From: Octopus vulgaris
Lineage: Eukaryota
Direction: 5' to 3'
Length of the DNA stretch: 64,000 bases
Assembly (NCBI GenBank): GCA_951406725.2
Contig: OX597820.1
Location: forward strand, 2,604,001 to 2,668,000
Made by a program: the position numbers and the translations under genes. The notes below the pieces were generated by a model. The model searched no databases, was not told the origin of the DNA, and worked only from the letters and a program-made list of their open reading frames with translations. Below are positions 12,264 to 24,200 of this stretch, piece after piece; within the stretch, counting starts at the first letter, position 1, and each line of letters opens with the position of its first letter.

Positions 12264-13061
12264 TTGGGTTGTCAAATATGTTAATTTCTTTCCAATGTTA
12301 TTTGAATTTGCATGAAACATTTTGTAGCACTTTCAGGGTTTTTGTAGTTCTGTTCTTCCTTCCACTACAACTTTTGTTTATTGTTTTTGAAATTTGAATA
12401 AATTTTACTTTTTTTCCAGACATTTGACGATGAAGTGGCAAGTTGTTAGAAATTAACACTTTCAACACCTTTCAGTCAAGGTTCCAAAGCTGCCAGAGAC
12501 ATCTGTGCTGTGAATGGAGAAGGTGCTATTACTGAAAGAACTGCACAGAAATGGTTTCTGTGTTTCAAAGAGGAGAAATTTGACCTCACCGACTGTGTTT
12601 GGCTGAGCTGTTCAGTTCAATGAGGATTGATTGAATGAGCTCTCATCTTCAAAGATCTACACCATCCTACCAGGGAATTGGTCCATGTTTTCTCATAGCA
12701 GCTGAAATGACCGGACAAGTGACACAGCAGCCTGCTTCTTCAATGCAACAATGCTCTCCCCAACATTGCTAATTTGACTAAAAAATGCTATTGGAGAGGT
12801 CAGTTCGGAATCTCTACCACACCCTCCAGCCATTTATAGCACCTGATATATCCTCCTGATAAAAGCACATTCAGATTATCACCTTTTGCAGTTGGTCACC
12901 AACACATTGCAATTAACGACAGGGAGCTGAGAACCTAACATCCAGGCATTGGCAAGCGAGCGGAACATTGAAGGAGAATGTATTATTAATTGGTTTTGTT
13001 AAAATTGTCAATGAAAAGTATTTTAAATGAATGGGGAGAAGAAAAAAATTTGGCAACCCAA
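12264..13061 (+). mobile_element. Decayed mariner element
   Basis: TIRs ttgggttgtcaaa/tttggcaacccaa with TA flanks; helix-turn-helix remnant AARDICAVNGEGAITERTAQKWF; SDYHL remnant. Confidence 0.75.
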
Positions 13062-15212
13062 TATAAAGCCAACCTGAAAATCAATAAGTGATTGAGAGCT
13101 AATGAGAATCAAATCCGTGTCTTCATTGTTTACAAAATTTTATTACATACAAACAAGAAGTTTTATGGATAACAATTTGAGAGAAAAATGACAATGAACT
13201 CGTCGACAGGATTCAAAACAACTCATTTCTTGCTCAGCAGGTAAAAATGCTACCATTTAAACAACAGCAAGTTTAATAGCTTTCTTCTCTCGGACTGCAG
13301 GTAGACATTAGTCTCCCGTAGAATTATCAGAAGCAAGTTTGACACATAAGCAGGAGGTATTTGTAACGATTTTCCTGTTAGCAGTTTTTGTTATTTTTCA
13401 TCTCAATAGTGTGGTTACAAACGTATAAACATTTAAAAAGTGCTTATAATAAATTTTTTGATTAGTAATTTATCATTTATTCCTGTATCTTAAGGTTAAA
13501 TCTCATCAACGTATCTTACTGAGATGGGAGACATTGCTACCTTAGATTTATGTGGAAGAAATCTAATTGAGTGGAACTAGGATGAAACCCCTGAAGTCAG
13601 AGGTTTGGTGGTGCCACAGAGGAAGAACATTTGGATCAGGGTCGAAGGGAAAGAGGTAAGATCCCAGTGATTGATAGAAATGCTAATCACTCGCCCACAA
13701 AGTAGCGCTTGTACCTATCGTCAGTCAAACAGTTATTTGGTAGATATAACTATTTATGCAGTTGTGTTGAAGATTATTGATAGGTAAAGATAAAGCAATA
13801 AATACTAAACAAACAGAAAAATCTGTACCAGTAATTTTGTTGAAGAGAAGCCATTTGTAACCGTCTGAAATTTGGCAAAACTTCCATTTTATGAATAAAA
13901 TTTATAAAAACAGAACAAGTTGACAAAACCTATTAGGAATAAATTAATGTTATCTCCATTTTGCTCATGGTTGGTCTGAGATAAAAATGTGTTCCATTGT
14001 ATCACAGTAGGAAGAGAGAGAGAGAGAACTTTCCAACATTATTTTAATCTAGTTCAAAGGCTGCTTATTTAGAAATCTTTTTGATTTTTCTGCTTCCCTT
14101 CTCATTGCTTTCTTTTAGAAATTTTATTTTATTTTAGTTTTATTTTCTAAATTTATTTTATTTAAAAAAAAAGTGGCGAGAACTCCACTGAATAAATTTT
14201 TCATTTATATAAAGATATATAAAACAAAAATAGAAAAAGTAAAGAAAAATAACTCGAAAAGAAATTAAAAAAAAAAAAAAAAAAGTCCACCACTAAAGTT
14301 GTTTTCAAACTCTTTTGACTTTTGAGTTTTTTTTTTATGGTTTACATCTTTAGGAAGATTCTGGTAAATTTCAAAGAAAGAGCACTGAATTACAACTAGG
14401 GACATTGGATGATCCAGTGTAATGTTGGAGGGGTGGGTATCCTGATATGTGAGTATCTGATCCTGTGTATATTGGGTACACTATCGGGTGACAGTCACAA
14501 AGATGGCTCTGAGTCGGCGAAGTTAAGCTTCAGAAAGAAAAAATAAATATAAAAAGAAACAAAAAATTATATTCTTGATTGGACTCCTTGGGCTAAAGAA
14601 AAAAAGTTCAAATTCACACTAAATTTATTAATGGCATAATATATTAATTCTAACGAAGTAGAGATGAATATTAGAATTAAATCAAGAATGGTTATTGAGC
14701 AACAACAGAAAATATATTTGAAGTATAAATTTTAGTTGATAAAAATCACTATTGTCTACATTGATAGGAGGAGGGGGGCGATTTCAAGTTATCAAAAATG
14801 GTACAGTTTCTCCTCATCATCCTATCAACTACGACCAAACATTCCAGGCATGACCATCCCATCAGCTTATCAAATACTGTATATCTAGTACTACATTATT
14901 CAATGTAACCTTCCTTTATCTTAAGACAGTAAAGATGTGATTTGAGGTAGATTTAATTGTAGTTTTTAAAAAATTCAATGATGACAGCGACTCCCTCACT
15001 GGCTCAATTTCTAAGGGGGTGGAAAGCTGGCAGAAACGCTAGCATGCCAGGCGAAATACTTAGCGGTATTTAGTTTGTCTTTACGTTCTGATTTCAAATT
15101 CCCCCAAGGTCGACTTTACCTTTCACCCTTTCGGGGTTGATAAATTAAGTACCAGTTGCATACTGGGTTTGATCTAATCGACTGCTGCCCAAATTTCAAG
15201 CCTTGTGCCTAG

Positions 15213-15453
15213 AGTTCTATATTTAAGAGATGAGAAATTATGTACATTATTTACATGTGATGGATATTTGTCCTCATCTTATTTCAGCTGATCTATTCTC
15301 CAGCCTTCATCAGGTGTCCTGAGGGAATTTCGAACCTGGGTTCTCATTCCTAAGGTATTTTTTGATGTTATTATTATTGTCTTCATTATTCAGGTCACTG
15401 CCTGGAATTGAACTCGGAATCTTGGGGTTAGTAGCCCGTGCTCTTAACCACTA
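15213..15453 (-). mobile_element. Family A single-arm copy inside a SINE tail
   Basis: Flanked by the direct repeat tgcctagagt (15206-15215 and 15454-15463). Confidence 0.8.
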
Positions 15454-15600
15454 TGCCTAGAGTAGAAAAGAATTTATAAAGAGGGCATCTATGCAGGAGG
15501 GGGGAATCCAAGTGTGTCTGGCAGGCTCCAGTTCTCTGTTGTAGTTTCTATGGCTGGATGCTCTTCCTTATGCCAAGCACATGTGCTGTGTGGTACATAA

Positions 15601-15716
15601 GTGGCACCAGCACAGGTGCACTTATGTGGCACCAGCACAGGTGCACTTATGTAGCACCAGCACAGGTGCACTTATGTGACACCAGCACAGGTGCACTTAT
15701 GTAGCACCAGCACAGG
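15601..15716. repeat. 25-bp minisatellite (gtggcaccagcacaggtgcacttat, about 4.6 copies) within an RTE-type tail
   Basis: Direct reading of the tandem units. Confidence 0.9.
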
Positions 15717-18134
15717 ATGCTTTTTGTGGCACTGACACCTGAAAGGATGAGCCTGTATGTTGTGGGAAACACCAATTTTACTAAGCTTGATACGATCATC
15801 ATCATCATCATATATATATATATATGTACATGTCTATATATTAGAAGAAATGAGGTAATCAGAAGATTGGATGGTTTGTATTTACAGATATTTATTTATA
15901 TATTACATTTTTTACATATATATCATATCACTTAGATCATTAGCGCTTTCTCCCATTCTAGTGGGGTTTTCAAATCAAAATAAGTTCCTTTGTGGGGAAT
16001 TTTAATCATTTTATAGAGTTTCGTAGTGGTGGGGAGGAATATAAGACAGTGTCTATATATATGTCTATATGCATACAACACCCACATCGTCGTCAACGTT
16101 TGACAGGAACTGGCAAGGCCATGTGTTGCACCAGGCTCTGATTATTTGTCTTGGCATGGTTTCTACGGCGGCATGCCCTTCCTAACATCAACCACTCTAC
16201 AGAGTGTACTCAGTGCTTTTCGCATGGCCCCAGCACCAGTGTTTCTTTACATAGCACTAACACCACATCTGTTTATGCATGAGTCTGTCTAAGAAACTAT
16301 GCGCTGCACTATATATATGTATATGTATATGTATATGTATACAAAATGTATGGATGGGAAAGAGAGAATGAATGGACATGTGTGTCAAGTTGTATAAATA
16401 AGTGTAAAATTTCCAGGTACATGGCCTAGTGGTCAGGGTGTTACATTTCCAACTGTAAGATAGTGTCAATTCCTGGATCAGGTGATGCATTGTGTTCTTG
16501 AGCAAAACACTTCACTTCACATTGTTCCAGCTCACTCAGTAGAAAATAAGTTCCAGCAGTATCTGGGAAGTTAACCCTGCAATGGACTAGCGTCCTATCC
16601 ATGGGATGTAATCTCAGTCCCTTATATGCCATGGAAACTGGATTAAGCTAGACAGACCCTAACCCTAAAATTTCCAGACAGTTATACATTTTAAAGAATG
16701 TATAACTGGTAATGTGTGTAAATAATGTTTAATTACCTAGAATAGCATAACAGAAAGAAAGACTGAATTGATTTTGCACTAATTAGATCATTAAGAAACC
16801 ACACAGAACTCACTGAGAGTTAGACAAAGTTTACTTGATAATGCTATGCTTTTTAAACTGTTTAGGGGCCAATGGAAATATCCTGCTAGCACAAAGGGGA
16901 AAGGACAAATTGGTTGATGTAGTTCTAGACAAGGGATTCTCAACCAAGGTCCATTGTAAGATTTTGTTGATGAAGTTTATATTCAATAAATTGACTTTAA
17001 TTAAAAAACATACAAAATATTAAATTTTTTTAAAAATACAATCCCTAATTGTAAAAATCGGACGTTTTAAACAGCAAACAATGGTGGGACATTTGAGTAA
17101 AATGGGAATCTCAAGGGGAGATCCACTGGTCTAGATAGATGGCATGGTCATTGTAGGAGTGTCTATAGCCTAACCAGAACCTGCAGCTGAACAATGGACA
17201 AATCGAGAATTGTTGTAATGACAAACATCAATATACTCTGTGATAGACTTATCCACTAAATACAAACAGAAAATAGAAAAAAAAATTGACAATGATGATG
17301 ATAATACTCTACAATGAATTTTTTTTTCCCATTGCCCTTCTTTTAAATGAAATGAGCTGCATGAAAGTAGCAAACCATCCTACCATGATGAAGATTACCA
17401 ACAGCAAATCGAAAAGTGAGGGTTCCTTTCCTAAACCAGACATGGGTTAGATACCAGTAATACCCACTCAGCACAATATCAAAGTAAATAAGAATTGCAG
17501 TTAGATTATCACGCTAAACACCTTTTTAAGAAAAGGGAAAAGATTATTAACTTTTAGGGACATAATTACTGGGGTTTTTTTTCTTCTTTGTTTTCAATTG
17601 CTTAGTAACAGAATAATTTAAACCTAATAATATTCCTTCTTCTGTTCAAACCTGGTTCACCCTGGCGGCTAGTTTATTGTAAGGGAGATAATCACTTTTA
17701 GATCAAAAGGAAGAGCAATGAAGACAGCCAAAATATATTCAGGTTTTTCTTTCCCTCATTACAAACACTTTAACATTTCTAGTCATAGGTTATCCTCTAT
17801 ATATTTCTTATATTGTATTGGATTTCTTGTGGAAGGGTGAGGGGGAAGTTTATACACGAATAAATAGATAAATTATGCACAACACATCTAGCAAGAAATT
17901 ATATACAAATGTGAAGATAAAAGATAGTCTATGCGGTTTTTTTTTGGTTTCTAAGAAAACAGATTTTATATTCTAAGAACCAAATTGACAATTCACGACA
18001 ACATTAAAAGCTATGTTCTTCTAAGCAAGCCAATGAAACAGCTTGTGATAAGAGAGGTCAAAACAAATGCATGCTGAGTGAAGAAGTGGTGGAATAAGGG
18101 AAACAAGCCACAGAATCGAACGAGAAGAGCTTAC

Positions 18135-18224
18135 CTTGCTTTCAGCAGAATATAATGGTGCTCTGACTGGCACAGAGTAATCGGTTGTTGACTTTGCATC
18201 TAAACTCCATGCAGGATCTTTTTC
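18135..18224 (-). CDS. TTC17: Probable TTC17 exon (EKDPAWSLDAKSTTDYSVPVRAPLYSAESK)
   Basis: Acceptor tttccatag, strong donor AAG|gtaagc; 90 bp, open in phase 0 to 0. Confidence 0.75.
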
Positions 18225-21200
18225 CTATGGAAACAGAATTTATTCTTTACAACAAATACACACAGAGAAACATGCATAATAGCTTCTGAGGGGAGGGACA
18301 GGACACATCCCTCTCACCAGACAAAATAGGAGAAGAACAAGAGACAAATTCCAGATGGCTTCTAGGCATTAAGGCTTCTGTCAGTCAGCTCAGGTGATGT
18401 GGTGTTAATGCAATGAAAGTCACTCCAGCTGTATAGTGTATTCAGTGCCATTGGGTCCCAGACATATTGGTAGGTTGGCATGGGTCGTTAGCTCAGGTGA
18501 CCACATTAGTAGAAACAGTCTTGATGTGAGGGTAGCCAAATTTGATGGTGTTAAGTTAGAATCGGGGCTGGACGATCAACGTAGGTGAGGCTGCAGGGGT
18601 TGAGAACATCCTTGCCTTTGTGCATGGGACACCCAGGCCTAGGGTGGTTTACCTGCCGATGACTTGAAGTTCAATAACAGAGCATAGTACCTGTAGTGGC
18701 AACAATAAGATAGCTCGTTCTTCCTGTTGATGGATGCTGATGGACAATGAAGATAGTGTTGGGAAGTTGTTCCAATGGAGTCTTCAGATGAAGGAGAACA
18801 GGAACGTGGAATTTTACCTAGGCCTGTACCTGAAAGACTATTTGCTGTGCATACCTTCCCCTAAAAATAATTGGCTGTCATCACAATATATATAGTAAAT
18901 AAAAAAATTAAAAAAACGAAGAGCAAACACACAAAAAAACCAACAATGCAAGGACAAGGTACATGTGAAGTATTAGCAGATGCTCAGGGAAGGAAAGAAA
19001 GGTAGTTTTACGTTTCGAGCAGAGCTCTTCTTCAGAAACAGGCAAGTCCAATAGAAGAGGAAGAAAAATTGCCAACGATTCACATGTGGTTACATTTTGA
19101 TATATATATATATATATATATATCAAAATAAGCAAGAAGGATATCCAGAGGTAATACTGTACGATCGTTTCATGCAACTCCATTTAATTGAACAATCCAA
19201 TCATTACATCAATTTAAAATGCAGAGCAATCCTCAGCTGCACAAAGACATAGAATTTAATTAAATTAGAACAGATGGACACATTGGTATAACTATACCTA
19301 AAATCTCCAAGAAGTTAAGGAGATAGACAAAGGACATGCTGTCTTCACTCCAGCATTGAAGTTACTAAGTTTTCAAGAAGATATACATTGTTACAGACTC
19401 TGCCTGTCACTGATTTTTTTATTTTTTTAGTGGGTATAATGACTATACCAACTATGATGTCTGTCTGCTCCCTCAGCCCTACCCCGAACAGATACTGCCC
19501 TCTGTTCTCTCAGCCTTAGATGTACAAGGGATTTAATAAACTAGTCTATAAATTAAAACTGACCCCATAAAAACAAATAAAAAAATCAGTGACAGGCAGA
19601 GTCTGTAACAATGTATATCTTCTTGAAAAATTCAGTAACTTCAAAACTGGAATGAAGACAACATGTCTTTGTCTATCTCCTTAACTTCTTGGAGATTTTA
19701 GGTATAATTATACCAATGTGTCCATCTGTTCTAATTTAATTAAATTCTATGTCTTTGTGAAGCTAAGGATTGCTCTGCATTTTAAATTGATGTAATGATT
19801 GGATTGTTCAATTAAATGGAGTTGCATGAAACGATCGTACAGTATTACCTCTGAATATCCTTGTTGCTTATTTTGATTTTAATCACCTTACTTTGAAATT
19901 GTATGGATAATACCGTACTAAATTCTGGTGCCTCAACTTAAGTACACTGCTCATCTGAATCTATATATATGTATTCCACCTCTCAGTTGAGAGGAGTTTA
20001 TCTTGCAAGTTACTTGATCGCTTCACCAGTGTTGGAGCAACATGAAAAGCACCCTTTTACATTCTGTAAAGTTGTTGGTATTTGGAAGGGCAGCATTCAG
20101 CTGTAGAAACCAAACCAAAACAGACAGGAAAGCTTGGCACAGTCCTCTGGCTAGCCATCCCCTGTCAGACCATCCAACCCATGACAGCATGGAAAACGGA
20201 TGTTAAATGCTATATATATATGCAACTGAGACAGTATTTAATTAAAATAGCCATCTATATAGCATACTTAATGTATACACACTGCTGATAGTCTAGTGAC
20301 TCTGGTATTTGTCTTATGGACTTGCTGTTTTAAAAACAATAAATATCAGAGATTGACAAACATTTGTCCAAGCAGCAGCCCAGAGAACCTAACGGTGACA
20401 TCATCATCATCATCATCAGGAGGTGGCAACCAGTGAAGTTTGTTGATATTTCTTATCAACAAAATTATCAACTACCTTTGCACTCTGAAATTCCTATGGA
20501 ATACAACCACTTCAAAAAAGAACTGGTGAAGGTTGGTGAGAGGAAAGGCATCCAGGCTATAGAAATCCGGCCTCAAAATCTACTTCCGTCTAAGCCATGC
20601 TAGCTTCAGAAAAAATACATTTAATGAAATAATTATACCTACTGATATTAGTTTCAAATTTTGGGGAGGGAGTAAGTCAGTTGTGTCAACCCCAGTGCTA
20701 AATTGGTACTTTTTATTGACCCTAAAAAGATGAAAAGCAAAGCCAACTCCAGCATGCTAATGATTCTGCCAGCTCATATTAACAATAAATAGAACGGTGC
20801 TACTATAAACATAGTCTAGTTTCTTGGCTCCAGGTTCAACCCATATACACTAAAATCTTACTATGTTGTATATCATCATTATCATCATCATTTAACATTC
20901 GTTTTCCATGCTGGCATGGGTTGGACGGTTTGACTGAGGGCTGGCAAGCCAGGAGGCTGCACCAGGCTTCAATCTGATCTGGCAGTATTTCTACAGCTGG
21001 ATGCCCTTCCCAACGCCAACCACTCCACGAGTGTGGTGGGTGCGTTTTTTGTACCACCAGTACGGGAGCCAGTCAGGCGGCACTGGCATCGGCCACAACT
21101 ACAATTTCCTCTTGATTTTGATTTTACTTGACCCCATAGGTCTCCTCAAGCATGGAAAGTTGTCTGATGATTCAAAGGTCCTTTTTTTAATGGGGCTGGT

Positions 21201-24200
21201 TACGCAACACTGGTGTAGGCTACAGCAGTGATCTCACTTTACTTGCCAGGTCTTCTCAACCACAGCAGATCTCCAGAGGTCTTGGTCTTTCTTCATTGCC
21301 TCTCTGAGGCCCAACGTTCAAAGGTCATGCTTCACCACCTCATACCATGTCTTCCTGGGTCCTCCCCCCCACTACCACTAGTTCCTTCCACTGTTAGGGA
21401 GTGACATTTCTTCACACAGCTCCCCTTATCTACTATATAAAAACTCTTAATCAAATTTATTAACCACAGCTAGTTTCTTATTAAATATGTGAGGAGCTCA
21501 GAACAGAAGCTGATTTCTAAATAGTCTAAGGTTGCAATCAAGTCCCAATCTCCGGTTTCACCTATGCTACTAAAATACCCAATTTATCCCTGCTTTAAAC
21601 CTTCAACATTCATATTCTGACAAATGTAATGCTTATTTATTCCCCTTGTTTTCTATTAATCATTCATTATCTCATAACTTTGAGATTGTTTAGAAAATTA
21701 CTATTTGTAAATCTCACAACGTCAGATATTCAACAACAGTGCTTTGGAGTAAAGATTGTTTGCCAACATAACATGGCAGTCCTGGTTTAGGACGAATGTT
21801 GCTGTAATTTAGCCCCAGGAGATATGTTAAATTACAGCAACATTCGTCCTAAACTAGGACTGCCATGTTATGTTGGCAAACAATCTTTACTCTTGAGATT
21901 GTTTATTTTTAAAATGACATTGTAGGCTTGATGTGAGAGGCCAGATCTAAACAATGAGAACATAACACAAATATAATATTTGGGCCAGATTAAATTCTAA
22001 AGGGTTAAATCTTCAATCCATTTATCTTAGAATTCTATTCTTACTGTTTGCATTCATCTTTTACCAGTTTCACTCATTAGACTGGCCATGCTGGGGCATT
22101 GCCTTGAAGAATGTTTAGCTAAATGAACTGACCCCAATACCTTTTTTTTTAAGCTTAGTACTTTTTCTATCAGTCTCTTAGCTGAACTGCTAAGTTATGG
22201 GGACATAAACACACACACACACACACATACATGATGCAATTCTTTCAGTTTCCATCTACCAAATCCACTCATAAGGTTTTTTGGTTGACCCGAGGCTATA
22301 GTAGAAGACACTTGGCTGAGGTGCCACGCAGTGGGACTAAACCCAGAACCATGTGGTTGGGAAGCAAGCTTCTTACCACACAGCCACTCCTGTACCTATT
22401 GTAAAATTCCAGGCAGGGTCACCTGCATTGATTTTCCTGTCATCTTTGTTGGGGAAGAATGGAGAAAACGAGAGGATGCTGTGGGAAGAGGATTGAATGT
22501 ACAAGTTTGACCTTCCGCACAGTTTCTGTCTGTCAGATCCACTCTGGTAGGCCCAGGGCTATAGTAGAAGACATTTTGCCCAAGGTACCATGCAGTGGGA
22601 CTGAACATGAGAGCACATAGTTGGAAAGCAAGCTGTTTAACCACACAGCCATAGATTTGTTTTTGTTTTTTTTTTCTTTTTCTTTAGAATTAAAGAAATA
22701 CAATAATATTTACCTTAGTTTCCGTATTGGATGATGAATCCTCTGAACTTAGAGAGAAATCAAAGTTGGAAGATGGTTTCCGGTCCCGATTACATTCTAG
22801 TATATGATGACCATGTCGATCTATCATTTGACAGAAATCGTCTGCAAGACAAGACAATCGCAAATGAATTAATGAATTCACAGGTATTAACACAGGTGAT
22901 ACTTGATCCCTAACACCACTTTAATCCCTTAACATTCACATTACTCTGTCAAATGGGTTGCTTATTCATCCAAATCGTTTTGAATTAATCGTGCATTATC
23001 TTGTAGCTTTAAAACTGTAATATGATTATTTTTAGAAAGACATTGTAGAGGGGCAACATCCACCCTAACCCTGACCCCTTCACGACTAAAAGTAACTCTG
23101 ACAGCAGCCATTTTACATTGCCTGCAAAATGGCTGTCATAAGGGACAATTGTAATTAGAGCAGTAACAGTAACGTTGGTTAAATTTTCAAGACACCAAAA
23201 ACCTTCCAAAACTTGACGCAGAGGAGAGCAGTAGTGTAGCCAGAGGGGTGGGTGGGTGGGTGGGAGCAGTGCATCGTCGATGCTGCTTTGATGGGGTAAC
23301 ACTTTGAGGAGTAAGAGGCAGAGCCAAAACAGCACAGATTCTAACAGTGCCACCGGAAGAGTGTGGCAAAAACAGAACGAAACTAACGTCATTATAACTG
23401 GCGTTCTGTTGGTTATTACAACAACGAGGGTTCCAATCCAATCAATGGAACGGCCAGCTTGTAAAATTAATGTGCAAGTGGCTGAGTACTCCACAGACAC
23501 ACATACCCTTAACGTGGTTCTCAGGGAGATTCAGCATGACACAGAGTGTGACAAGGCTGGCCCTATCAATTAAAGGTACAATTTATTTTTGCCAGGTGAG
23601 AGGATGGGAGCAAATGTGAAGTAAAGCATCTTGCTCAGGGACACAAGGCATTGCCAGGAGTTGAACTCACAATCTTACGATCATAAGTTGAACAGCCTAA
23701 CCACTACACTATGCACTTCCACTACTAATAGCATTATCATCATGCAACACACATAAAAGTCGGGAGAAATGGTCGCAAGAATAATTGCAATTTAATTGAA
23801 GTGAAGGTTTCCATTAATTACTAAAGAATCGTTAGACAATGGATGATACTTTATGAGAAAGAGAGGAGGAGAAACCCATTCTGCTCTCTTCGTCATCATT
23901 GTTTAACATCCGTTTTCCATGCTGGCATGGGTTGGACAGTGTGACTGAGGTCTGGAAAGCCAGGAGGCTGCACCAGGCTCCAATCTGATCTGGCAAAGTT
24001 TATACAGCTGGATGCCCTTCCTAATGCCAACCACTCTGAGAGTGTAACGGGTGGTTTTTATGTGCTACCAGCACAGGAGCCAGTCAGGCGGCACTGGCGT
24101 TGATCACATTAGGATTGTGCTTGTTTAATGCTATTGATGGTTTCACTAGAAACTGTAGAAATGCCAAAGAATAAATATTGGTAAACCAATGGCTGCCTGT

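Noticed and set aside
14353-14362. 10-nt plus-strand microexon (tttag|GAAGATTCTG|gtaaat)
   Set aside because: No plus-strand gene was found to host it, and such matches arise by chance in AT-rich DNA.
15601-15716. CRISPR-like array
   Set aside because: The 25-bp tandem units are contiguous with no unique spacers, the context is eukaryotic and no cas genes are present.
18420-18850. Old LINE 3' fragment
   Set aside because: Only a vague RP-rich resemblance; too decayed to assign.
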